Source of the DNA: an uncultured Candidatus Saccharibacteria bacterium
GTDB taxonomy: Bacteria > Patescibacteriota > Minisyncoccia > Phycocordibacterales > Zambryskibacteraceae
Direction: 5' to 3'
NCBI GenBank assembly: GCA_964355645.1
Contig: CAYHDI010000003.1
Span: forward strand, 887-64,886
DNA: 64,000 nucleotides
Shown here: piece by piece, positions 56,031-64,000 of the stretch
How the letters are laid out: the number at the start of each line of letters is the position of its first letter
Position numbering within the stretch: position 1 is the stretch's first letter
Translations under genes and position numbers: made by a program
The notes under the pieces: model-generated
What the model was told of the DNA's origin: nothing
Databases searched by the model: none
Seen by the model: only the letters and a program-made list of their open reading frames with translations

Positions 56031-56462
56031 ATGCCACATATTTCAAAAAGAAAATTAGAACAAAGACATCTCGACCATTTGTACAATGAACTGATTTGTA
56101 CTCTCGAACGTGCTACAAACAAAATGAAAACCAAACAGGTGCTCGGACAATTTCTAACTCATACGGAGAAAATTATGTTAACCAAACGTTTAGCAGCCAT
56201 AGCCATGCTTTCGAAAAATGTGCCGGTGTACGATGTAGCCAATGCACTCTCAATGAGCCCCTCGACTATTGATCGCATGTCGCTCAAATTTGAAAATCAC
56301 AAATATGATTTTGTTATAAAAAACGGTTTGGGGAAGAAGGATATTTGGAGCATTTTGGAGGACATTCTCACTCTAGGCGGGAACTTGCCGTTTAAAACAG
56401 ATAAAAATCGTTGGAGAGCACTGAACAAATCTGTGCGTGATGAAAAGTTAAAGAATAGCTGA
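56031..56462 (+). CDS. TrpR/YerC-like helix-turn-helix regulator (143 aa)
   Basis: HTH segment VYDVANALSMSPSTIDRMS and overall TrpR-like helical pattern; flanked by palindromic repeats. Confidence 0.5.
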   Translation: MPHISKRKLEQRHLDHLYNELICTLERATNKMKTKQVLGQFLTHTEKIMLTKRLAAIAMLSKNVPVYDVANALSMSPSTIDRMSLKFENHKYDFVIKNGLGKKDIWSILEDILTLGGNLPFKTDKNRWRALNKSVRDEKLKNS

Positions 56463-56500
56463 TTTGTTTGTAAACCGATGATTATCTGACTACGGGTAAT

Positions 56501-56520
56501 GTATACGATATATGATATAC
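56501..56520. repeat. Third copy of the 20-mer gtatacgatatatgatatac, 39 nt downstream of the regulator gene
   Basis: identical to 55936-55955. Confidence 0.45.
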
Positions 56521-56579
56521 AAAATAAAGTGATTGGAAATATGAATAAAGAAGAAACCCCGTAGCAAACCATTGCTGGT

Positions 56580-56861
56580 TCACCACGGGGCGGGCACTTT
56601 ACCGATGAGTGTATCGCCGTACAGTTCGATGACCAAGTGCCCCGCTTGCTTGAACGAAGAATACACTCGTTCGCAAGCTTCGAGGGATGTGACTGCCGTG
56701 TCGATGTGCGTGGTCGTGTCGACACGCAGACGAGGAACGTTCTGGCTCTCCTTGAACAATTGGTCGATGTACGCTTTCTCCCCTGCGTCGTTTTTCTGCT
56801 CGTTGCACGCAGAAAGAAGGGCGAGAACTGGGACGAGGAACAGCATCATGCAGTAGCGCAT
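56580..56861 (-). CDS. Small lipoprotein in a GC-rich island
   Basis: signal peptide MRYCMMLFLVPVLALLSAC with lipobox LSAC; GGAG SD 8 nt upstream of ATG; local GC well above genome background. Confidence 0.5.
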   Translation of the reverse strand: MRYCMMLFLVPVLALLSACNEQKNDAGEKAYIDQLFKESQNVPRLRVDTTTHIDTAVTSLEACERVYSSFKQAGHLVIELYGDTLIGKVPAPW

Positions 56862-56961
56862 TTGGAGCTCCGAAGAGTGGGGCACTGGGCCCGTGAATAG
56901 AGCAGTTTAGGCGTAATGCCTGCCTGTGCATATCCTAGCATACATCACAAAAAAGTCAAGT

Positions 56962-58764
56962 TTATTTCTTCTGCATCTTGCTTCTCTCCTGTTGGGTCAA
57001 ATGCTGTTTGCGGAGGCGGGTAGCCGAAGGGGTGATTTCAATATATTCATCCTCATTCATAATTTCCATAGCTCGTTCAATAGAAAGTGTCCACGGCGGG
57101 GTGAGATAAATACTGTCGTCTGAACCCGATGCGCGCATATTTGAAAGTTGTTTGCCTTTCGTTGGATTGACATACAAATCTTCACCTTTCGAAGTATTCC
57201 CAATCACTTGACCTTCATAAATCTCGGCGCTTGGTCCAATATAAAGCACTCCTCGAAGTTGAAGATTGTCCAAAGCGAAAGCCAGCGCCTTGCCGTTCTC
57301 CATAGAAATCATGGCCCCAACTCTCTGTCTATTGATAGCCCCAGCGAAAGGTCTAAACCCAACAAAGCGTGATGAAAGTATCCCGAGGCCCTTGGTATCC
57401 ACGACGAATTGTCCACGATATCCGAGAAGTCCGCGAGTCGGGGCTTCAAAAATAATTCTCGTTTGATTATTTTCGTTTTTCATATCCATCAATATTCCTC
57501 TGCGTTCAGTTAGTTTGGAAATAATAGTTCCACTCATTTCTTCGGGCACATCCACAATCACTTCTTCAAACGGCTCGAGAGTTTTGCCATTTTCTTCTTT
57601 AATGATGACGTGCGGTTGAGAAACCTGAAGTTCGAATCCTTCTCGGCGCATGTTCTCAAGGAGAATAGCAATGTGAAGTTCACCTCGCCCGTAGACGGTC
57701 ATGAAGTCATTCGAAGAAAAATCAATCTTGAGTCCCACGTTCACCTCAAGTTCTCGCTCAAGTCGTTCGCGAATTTGTCTGCCGGTCACAAACTTTCCTT
57801 CACGTCCGGCGAAAGGTGAATCGTTGACGAAAAAGTCCAAAGAGATAGTGGGTTCATCAATATTAATGGCAGGCAAAACCTCACCATTTTCTTCACCACA
57901 AATCGAATCTCCAATATAAATATCCGAAAGTCCCGCGAGCATACAAATATCTCCGGCCAGAACCTCAGCACTCTCTACGCGTTTGATACCCTCGAAAGTA
58001 AAGATTTTGGTAATTTTGCCTTTGTATTTTTCTCCGCTGTGCTTGGTGACCCACACTTCCTGACCGACCTTGAGTGTTCCCTCATAAATGCGCGCAATGG
58101 CCAAACGACCGAGGAAATTGTCGTACGCGAGATTGAATGGTTGAAGTCGAACAGGGACAGAAAGATTTTGTTCGGCGGGAGGAACATGTTCAAGGATGGT
58201 GTCCAAAAGGGGAGTGAGATCTTTCGATTCGTCCTGCAAATTTTTCTTGGCTATACCATCACGTCCTATAGTATAAACAGTAGTGAAATTTAATTGTTCG
58301 TCGTTTGCTCCGAGGTCCATGAACAATTCAAGAACCATCTCATGCACGATTTCCGGTCTGGCGGCTGGTTTGTCTATTTTGTTTATCACGACAATCGGCT
58401 TAAGACCGAGTTCGAGAGATTTTTTCAAAACAAAACGTGTTTGAGGCATTGGGCCCTCCTGCGCATCAACTACGAGAAGGACAGTGTCTATCGAACGAAG
58501 TACACGTTCAACCTCTGAACCGAAGTCCGAGTGACCCGGAGTGTCTACAATATTGATTTTTGTCACTGGTCGGCCAGAATTTACTGAAGGATAAAAAACT
58601 GAAGTATTCTTCGCATAAATAGTAATACCGCGCTCAAGTTCGAGCGCATTTGAGTCCATGCTGACACCCTCTTCAACCATCCCGGTTTGGCGCATCAAAG
58701 CATCGGTCAGAGTAGTCTTCCCGTGGTCAACGTGAGCGATAATAGCGATATTGCGGATTTCCAT
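56962..58764 (-). CDS. typA: Translational GTPase TypA/BipA
   Basis: MEIRNIAIIAHVDHGKTTL G-domain, EF-G-like domains, BipA C-terminal domain. Confidence 0.9.
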   Translation of the reverse strand: MEIRNIAIIAHVDHGKTTLTDALMRQTGMVEEGVSMDSNALELERGITIYAKNTSVFYPSVNSGRPVTKINIVDTPGHSDFGSEVERVLRSIDTVLLVVDAQEGPMPQTRFVLKKSLELGLKPIVVINKIDKPAARPEIVHEMVLELFMDLGANDEQLNFTTVYTIGRDGIAKKNLQDESKDLTPLLDTILEHVPPAEQNLSVPVRLQPFNLAYDNFLGRLAIARIYEGTLKVGQEVWVTKHSGEKYKGKITKIFTFEGIKRVESAEVLAGDICMLAGLSDIYIGDSICGEENGEVLPAINIDEPTISLDFFVNDSPFAGREGKFVTGRQIRERLERELEVNVGLKIDFSSNDFMTVYGRGELHIAILLENMRREGFELQVSQPHVIIKEENGKTLEPFEEVIVDVPEEMSGTIISKLTERRGILMDMKNENNQTRIIFEAPTRGLLGYRGQFVVDTKGLGILSSRFVGFRPFAGAINRQRVGAMISMENGKALAFALDNLQLRGVLYIGPSAEIYEGQVIGNTSKGEDLYVNPTKGKQLSNMRASGSDDSIYLTPPWTLSIERAMEIMNEDEYIEITPSATRLRKQHLTQQERSKMQKK

Positions 58765-58828
58765 AAAATAAAAGCAGAGCCAGCGCTCTTCACACAATTA
58801 AAGCATAAAATCGATTTATGAGCAAATT

Positions 58829-59377
58829 TTACTTTTCGGACAGTATTCCTTTGGTATAAACGTATTGCTTGGAAGTTAAGACTGTTGGTTCGGCTGCATA
58901 GGGTTCGTTCGGCTTGCGGTCTAAATATTTGAGAGTAATCACCCCATTCGAAATAGAAATTGATTTTGGTTCGATCCTATCACCAACGAAAACCGCGTTT
59001 GAACCTTTGTAATTAAGCGGATTAGAAACATAAGCCCCGAGATAAACGAACACTCCGGAACCGCCTCCATTTTGAACCAAAACAGCTGCAGCGTCATCCT
59101 TTTTGTCCCCATTAATATCTCCGTAGCCAACTGTATCGGTCAAAGTTGTTTCTTGCATCGATGAACCGCCGGGGGTGATAGCTTTCTCGTTTATACCTTT
59201 TGATAAAGTAATCGACCCATCATCGAAAACGAAGGTAGCGTTTGATGCATCTGGGCGAGAAATATTTTGACCCGCATTAAAAATTTTTGAAGGTGTGGGA
59301 TTCGAAACTTGCTTGAAAACATACCAGATTCCAAACATAACGGCCAGCACCAGAATGATTGATAATATTTTCTTCAT
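58829..59377 (-). CDS. Hypothetical secreted/membrane-anchored protein (~182 aa)
   Basis: N-terminal MKKILSIILVLAVMFGIWYVF signal-anchor; no recognised domain. Confidence 0.4.
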   Translation of the reverse strand: MKKILSIILVLAVMFGIWYVFKQVSNPTPSKIFNAGQNISRPDASNATFVFDDGSITLSKGINEKAITPGGSSMQETTLTDTVGYGDINGDKKDDAAAVLVQNGGGSGVFVYLGAYVSNPLNYKGSNAVFVGDRIEPKSISISNGVITLKYLDRKPNEPYAAEPTVLTSKQYVYTKGILSEK

Positions 59378-59386
59378 AATCAAATG

Positions 59387-59517
59387 TTAATTAGAAGTTT
59401 GGGTGTTTGTGGTAGGGACGATTGGAGCGACAACGTTTTTGCTATTTGGAACAAAAAGATAAACCAAAAATCCGACCACTATTAATGCAATGACCACAAT
59501 AAGAGTTTTGTTCATAG
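59387..59517 (-). CDS. Possible small membrane protein (43 aa; not in ORF track)
   Basis: manual translation MNKTLIVVIALIVVGFLVYLFVPNSKNVVAPIVPTTNTQTSN; single TM helix; directly upstream of and co-oriented with 58829-59377. Confidence 0.25.
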
Positions 59518-59592
59518 AGATATTGGTAATTAGTTAATAGGCTAATTATACTATATTTGATAGAAAGTTTTTTTCTGCTATCATTTCCATAT

Positions 59593-59668
59593 TCCGCGAT
59601 AGCTCAGTCGGTAGAGCGCCTCCCTGTTAAGGAGGATGTCCCAGGTTCGAGCCCTGGTCGCGGAGCCA
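59593..59668 (+). tRNA. tRNA-Asn (anticodon GUU), CCA encoded
   Basis: acceptor tccgcga/tcgcgga (U1-A72 as in many bacterial tRNA-Asn), D-arm gctc-agtcggta-gagc, anticodon loop ctGTTaa, T-arm ccagg-ttcgagc-cctgg, 3' GCCA. Confidence 0.9.
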
Positions 59669-59730
59669 AGCAAGGCAATGCTATAATCAGTTACTTGAAA
59701 AACTTTTATTCACAACAGACCGAAGGGAAG

Positions 59731-60570
59731 ATGTCGCTCGTTCTAGGAGGTGTGATTCTGGTCGCCTTAATCGGCTATGGGGCTTATAGCTTGATTAATC
59801 TTAAACAACAAAATGCAAATCTTGCGAAAACATTGGAAACTACCCAAGCCTCATTAACTGATGCTCAAAATCAAAATTCTAATTTATTGCAAAAGGTTTC
59901 AGATGTTCAGAATACAGCATACGAATTTGGAAACAAAGTAGGAGAATTGACGGGTACAGTTGATACCCTAACTAAACTCACCGAGACAGACCCGGAACTG
60001 CTTAAAAAATATTCTAAAGTTTATTTCTTGAGTGAAAACTATGTGCCCAAAGGTCTTGTGGATATTAACAACCAATATCTTTTGATTCCAAACAAGCCTC
60101 TGCAAGTTCTAAAGAAAGTAGATGAATATCTTGAACAGCTCATCCATATTTCTGAGGCTTATAATTTAAATCTAAAAATTCTCTCGGCCTTTCGATCTTA
60201 CGGCACGCAAAGTACACTCAAATCGTCTTACAAATTTACTTATGGAGCTGGCACAGCCAATCAGTTTTCTGCAGAGCAGGGCTACTCTGAACACCAGCTT
60301 GGCACCACGGTGGATTTCACCACACCCACCATTGGAGACACCTTGGCTGGTTTCTCTAAAACCCCTGAATATAAATGGCTTACTGACAATGCCTACAAAT
60401 ACGGATTTGTACTTTCTTATCCTCCAAACAATGCGTATTACACTTATGAACCGTGGCACTGGAGATTTGTTGGAGTAGAACTTGCGACTCGTCTGCATCA
60501 AGATAAACAATATTTCTACGATCTTGAACAGAGACAAATTGATCCTTATCTCGTGGAAATTTTTGATTAG
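59731..60570 (+). CDS. Peptidase M15 (VanY/D-Ala-D-Ala carboxypeptidase family) with N-terminal TM and coiled coil
   Basis: SEHQLGTTVDF and EPWHWRFVG metal-binding motifs; start at MSLVLGG; ORF-track extension over the tRNA rejected. Confidence 0.75.
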   Translation: MSLVLGGVILVALIGYGAYSLINLKQQNANLAKTLETTQASLTDAQNQNSNLLQKVSDVQNTAYEFGNKVGELTGTVDTLTKLTETDPELLKKYSKVYFLSENYVPKGLVDINNQYLLIPNKPLQVLKKVDEYLEQLIHISEAYNLNLKILSAFRSYGTQSTLKSSYKFTYGAGTANQFSAEQGYSEHQLGTTVDFTTPTIGDTLAGFSKTPEYKWLTDNAYKYGFVLSYPPNNAYYTYEPWHWRFVGVELATRLHQDKQYFYDLEQRQIDPYLVEIFD

Positions 60571-60631
60571 TTGAATTTCTGAAAGGATAGTAAAATTGTT
60601 CGTAGGATTACAAGCCCTAACTTCTAATAAT

Positions 60632-61018
60632 ATGAATATAAATATAAAAGCTACGGGCATCGCGCTTACCCCAGCCATCTCGGATTATGTTTATAAGAAA
60701 ATTTCTTCGGTTGAAAAATATTTATCAAAGAAAGGACCAACAGCTTCAGCTCAAGTTGAAGTAGGGAAGACGACCAAGCATCATAAATCCGGTGATGTTT
60801 TTAAAGCAGAGGTTAGACTTATTGGAGGAGGTCTGGATATGTATGCAGTTGAAGAAGCGGAGGATTTGTACGCCGCCATTGACCTTGTTGAAGCAGAAAT
60901 TACACGAGGAATTTTAAAGACCAAAGGTCGGCACATCCAATTGCTCCGTCGTGGTCAGCGCGCCATCAAAGATTTGATGAAAGATTTTCCTTGGGCCCTC
61001 AAACGTTTCAGAAAATAA
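60632..61018 (+). CDS. hpf: Ribosome hibernation promoting factor (short HPF/RaiA)
   Basis: MNINIKATGIALTPAISDYV...EVRL..GG...YAVEEAEDLYAAIDLV pattern. Confidence 0.8.
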   Translation: MNINIKATGIALTPAISDYVYKKISSVEKYLSKKGPTASAQVEVGKTTKHHKSGDVFKAEVRLIGGGLDMYAVEEAEDLYAAIDLVEAEITRGILKTKGRHIQLLRRGQRAIKDLMKDFPWALKRFRK

Positions 61019-61817
61019 CTTTTGGATGGCCGTTTAGATAATCTTTATAATCCATTTCTTCTTTGCCTGATGGTATCACTCGGTCTGGGACGAATTTCTC
61101 ATTCTCAATATGAGCTTTGGTAATTACAAGCTCACCCTTTCGTGCTCTCGGCCAAATTTCGTAGGCATAAACTTTCCTTAAGGCCATCTCCGGTGAATCA
61201 TTTGAAATATCTGCATCTTCTTTTTTTATCATATGAGTGAAGGTGGCTAGTGATTCATCTTGAGAAACTTCAGGAACTTCATTTTTTAACCACCTGGGCA
61301 AAGTTTCTGCAAGAAGTTTTGCCCCGGCCTCGGCCAAAGTTTTTTCAACCACCGAATATTTGTCTGGCCATTTATTAAACTCAACTTTTTTCTGAGCCAA
61401 GATTGGTCCGTGATCCATTTTTGAATCCAGACGCATAATACTCACCCCTGTTTCGTTTTCTCCGAGAATAGCCCCTTGAATTGGTGATGGTCCACGGAGT
61501 TTGGGCAAAAGTGAAGGGTGAATATTCAAAGTCTTGAATTTTGGAGTGTTGATTAGTTTCTCCGGCAGAATCTTACCATACGAAGCCACGACGAATACAT
61601 CGGCGTTTATACCGTTCACTTCTTCAATCACCTTTATATTTCTTTCTTTGGCCCAAGTTTTCACTGGATTCTCTGTCAGAATTAATTTTCTTCCTCTAGG
61701 CCTATCCGGCATAGTCACCACAGCGACAGGTGAAAGCCCAAGTGTTTCCAATGTGTCGAGCACCTCGATTGAGAAGCTTGATGAACCGAAGAAGACAAAT
61801 CGTATTTCTTTATTCAT
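61008..61817 (-). CDS. fmt: Methionyl-tRNA formyltransferase
   Basis: IRFVFFGSSSFS N-terminus, formyltransferase core; def-fmt operon; start at MNKEIRF. Confidence 0.85.
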   Translation of the reverse strand: MNKEIRFVFFGSSSFSIEVLDTLETLGLSPVAVVTMPDRPRGRKLILTENPVKTWAKERNIKVIEEVNGINADVFVVASYGKILPEKLINTPKFKTLNIHPSLLPKLRGPSPIQGAILGENETGVSIMRLDSKMDHGPILAQKKVEFNKWPDKYSVVEKTLAEAGAKLLAETLPRWLKNEVPEVSQDESLATFTHMIKKEDADISNDSPEMALRKVYAYEIWPRARKGELVITKAHIENEKFVPDRVIPSGKEEMDYKDYLNGHPKVIF

Positions 61818-62376
61818 TTTCTTTTTTGTGAGAATAATGTTTCTTTTTCGACCGCGGAGGCAAATTTTCAATATTTTCAGCCTTGTCTATAAACAATATT
61901 CCATTCAAGTGGTCCGTTTCGTGTTGAAAAATTTGAGCCATCAAACCCGATGCGCCTTTCTCAAACTTATTTCCTCTCTCATCATAAGCTCGAATAGTGG
62001 CCTTCTCACTTCTTTCAACAACCCCGTAGAGCCATCTGACGGAGAGACAACCTTCTTCTACCTTTGTTTTCTTTCTTGATAATTTAATAATTTCTGGGTT
62101 GATATAAACCGTGTCAGGGAGTTTTTTTATTTTCTCGGGCTTGTTCTCAAGAGAATTATTTAAAATGGCTGGCACTCTTCCGCTGATGACGAAAATTCTC
62201 AAACTTTCTCTGATTTGAGGTGCGGCGATGGCCACTCCGTCGTCTTCTCGGCCTAGTGCTATTTTCATTCGTTCAATAATATTTTGAATCTTCTTTGAGC
62301 CTATATCCTTAATAAGCACAGGTTTGGCTATGCGTCTTAGAATCGGGGCGTCTTTGTTTGCGATGATTGTTTTCAT
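61810..62376 (-). CDS. def: Peptide deformylase
   Basis: motifs GASGLMAQ, EGCLS, QHETDHL. Confidence 0.9.
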   Translation of the reverse strand: MKTIIANKDAPILRRIAKPVLIKDIGSKKIQNIIERMKIALGREDDGVAIAAPQIRESLRIFVISGRVPAILNNSLENKPEKIKKLPDTVYINPEIIKLSRKKTKVEEGCLSVRWLYGVVERSEKATIRAYDERGNKFEKGASGLMAQIFQHETDHLNGILFIDKAENIENLPPRSKKKHYSHKKENE

Positions 62377-64000
62377 ATGATGCTTATAGGGTCTACTTTA
62401 ATCAAAAAATCGGGTGTAAGCAAAAGTAATTTATCAACAATATTTTGACTAGGCCATTCTTTCCTAGGCAAGCGCAATACCATCGAGAGAGAATTTTTGC
62501 CTGTTTTCACCTCTCGACCATTCATAAAATCAGGCCCGTGCTCTAAGAAAAGATTGTTCAGATAAGCAGTTTTCTTCTCGATTTCTCTTGGAGTACCAAA
62601 GGTTGACACTTTAATGAAAATAGAAAAAGGCGGGTAATGCAAGGCTTCCCGTTCCTCTATTTCTGAACGATAAAAATCGAGGATACTGCCGGATTCGGCA
62701 TATTCTATGATTTGTTTACCGATATTTCGTGTTTGAATAATTGTTTGGACCTCACTGATTTCAAAAAGTCGCGTGATTAAATAAAAAATCCTCTCGTTTA
62801 TTCCGAAGTCGGGGATAGAGAATAGAGAATCAATAGAAACCAGTCCTACATAAGGAATTTTCTTTAGATAGAAGAAAGCCAACTCGGTGCCAATCATAAT
62901 TCCACCCTTTTCACCGGCGAACGATTTGGCAATTTTTGAAGCTCTAACAGCAGTTGAAGCATGTTCCTTGTCTAAAATATAAATCATCGAAGAAGGGAAA
63001 AGTTTCTCTACTTCTTCTCTGATTCGATCAGTGCCCACACCGAGCGGAGTGAGATTCCAACTTTGACAATGATCGCATCGTGTTTCCGCATTTCGGCGAG
63101 CACCACAAGCATGACAGATATAAACTCGAACAGAATTTTTCTCTGAATGCAGGACAAGTGGTGAACCGCAATTCTCACAAGAAAGCACCGAACCACAATC
63201 CGAGCAAACAGTCGATGGAGAAAGTCCCTTGCGTGCCCCAAAAAGGAAAACCTTTCTTTTCTCTAAAACAGCCTGTTCAATCATTTTTTTTATTTCGGGA
63301 GAAAAGATTTCAAACTTGGCGTTGCCTTTCTCATCCGGTTTTGTCGGTTTTTTCATGTCAACAAGGATTGACCGAGAATCCCTTGAGGTGCGCCACTTGA
63401 GCGGGGAAAGTTCTGCGTATTGGCCCTGCTTCTCTTTCCACAAGGTTTCAATCGAGAGGACAGAGTCTCCGAGGATAAGAGTTTTGTTTGATTCTTTGGC
63501 CAAATATTCAAGGAAAACTTTTATATTGATGAATGGTTTAGAAAATGTTTTATAAACCCGTGAATTTTCTCTTTCCAAAATAATGGTCTCAAGGTCGGCT
63601 CGATTGAAAGAGATGAAGGAAGGTGTGGTGATGAAGAGCACGGGGTGCTCACTCTCGTGAGCCTTCTTTAAAGTTTCCTTTAAAGCCTTGGTGCCCTTGT
63701 TTGAAACAAGATAGGTGAAGGTGGCAATACCGGGTGAGAAATAATCAAAAGCGGAAAGTGCTTCTTCATGCGTGGGGACACAGAACAAGACAGACTTTCC
63801 TCTCGCGAATGATTCACGAATCGAACTTTTGTATTCTTGGAAACGCTCGTCGTTGTTTAGCTGTATGAGTAGGGTCTCCTTTCTCGATTCATTTGATGGC
63901 CTGTCGTGAGCCGAATTAATTAGTTGCGGATTCTCTAGAAGAATCTTCGGAATTAAAGCACTGAGAATATTACCAACCGTAGTGGCATAATAAATACTCG
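62373..64000 (-). CDS. priA: Primosomal protein N' (PriA)-like, C-terminal ~540 aa (gene continues past window end)
   Basis: Zn-binding CSDCGS..CENCGS...CHACG...CDHC cluster, GTDRIREEV..LFP, IMIGTELAFF; reading frame open to position 64000; priA-def-fmt synteny. Confidence 0.7.
   Translation of the reverse strand, partial: SIYYATTVGNILSALIPKILLENPQLINSAHDRPSNESRKETLLIQLNNDERFQEYKSSIRESFARGKSVLFCVPTHEEALSAFDYFSPGIATFTYLVSNKGTKALKETLKKAHESEHPVLFITTPSFISFNRADLETIILERENSRVYKTFSKPFINIKVFLEYLAKESNKTLILGDSVLSIETLWKEKQGQYAELSPLKWRTSRDSRSILVDMKKPTKPDEKGNAKFEIFSPEIKKMIEQAVLEKRKVFLFGARKGLSPSTVCSDCGSVLSCENCGSPLVLHSEKNSVRVYICHACGARRNAETRCDHCQSWNLTPLGVGTDRIREEVEKLFPSSMIYILDKEHASTAVRASKIAKSFAGEKGGIMIGTELAFFYLKKIPYVGLVSIDSLFSIPDFGINERIFYLITRLFEISEVQTIIQTRNIGKQIIEYAESGSILDFYRSEIEEREALHYPPFSIFIKVSTFGTPREIEKKTAYLNNLFLEHGPDFMNGREVKTGKNSLSMVLRLPRKEWPSQNIVDKLLLLTPDFLIKVDPISII

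Noticed and set aside
56599-56931. Multiple overlapping ORFs in all frames within the GC-rich island
   Set aside because: High GC removes stop codons. Only the minus-strand frame with a lipoprotein signal peptide and an SD is credible.
59557-59730. N-terminal extension of the M15 peptidase ORF covering tRNA-Asn
   Set aside because: The extension overlaps a bona fide tRNA on the same strand. The TM-containing start MSLVLGG at 59731 is the sensible start.
1-64000. Alternative genetic code (UGA recoding as in Gracilibacteria/Absconditabacteria)
   Set aside because: Long conserved proteins (rpoB, rpoC, dnaE, gyrB, thrS) are intact with standard stops, so code 11 fits.

Overview
This is a low-GC, gene-dense bacterial window, about 90% coding, and it resembles a small-genome Candidate Phyla Radiation / Patescibacteria-type chromosome. 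The standard genetic code fits: long conserved proteins are intact and UGA is not recoded.

The content is mostly housekeeping:
- class II ribonucleotide reductase, gap, and a pentose-phosphate cluster (rpiB, rpe, split tkt) with a PfkB kinase and fba
- ribosomal proteins L25, L31, S2, S16; prfA; tsf
- trmD and the rpoB-rpoC-dnaG-rpoD block
- gyrB, thrS, dnaE, rnhB, nusB, rnc, a short SMC, RNase R, typA, hpf, the priA-def-fmt operon, and two tRNAs (Thr-UGU, Asn-GUU)
- cell-envelope genes: a lytic transglycosylase, NlpC/P60, an M15 peptidase, DsbA, a GT2 glycosyltransferase and PEGA pair, and a lipoprotein

I found no rRNA, CRISPR array, transposase or integrase.

The strongest non-housekeeping signal is a pair of ~140-nt repeats. 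One is the 3' end of a 622-aa hypothetical gene (16921-17061). The other is a downstream copy with its own terminator (17441-17586). They differ almost only where the downstream copy has adenine: about 25 A-to-N substitutions, 1 non-A substitution and one codon indel. That is the signature of a diversity-generating retroelement variable repeat and template repeat. No reverse transcriptase or Avd gene lies in the window.

Other oddities:
- a PheS with a C-terminal FDX-ACB-like domain and no adjacent pheT
- a HisRS catalytic core lacking the anticodon-binding domain, coupled to a DEDD exonuclease
- a NusB-NUDIX fusion next to a second NUDIX gene
- a wHTH-GHKL-STAS fusion protein
- a hinge-less SMC
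- a family of GC-rich double-hairpin mini-repeats, two of them inserted in-frame in coding sequence
- a RelE/ParE-type toxin-antitoxin pair with an operator palindrome
- a TrpR-like regulator flanked by identical palindromic 20-mers
- a Cys-rich leader-like ORF plus a terminator upstream of pheS
- a small GC-rich lipoprotein island
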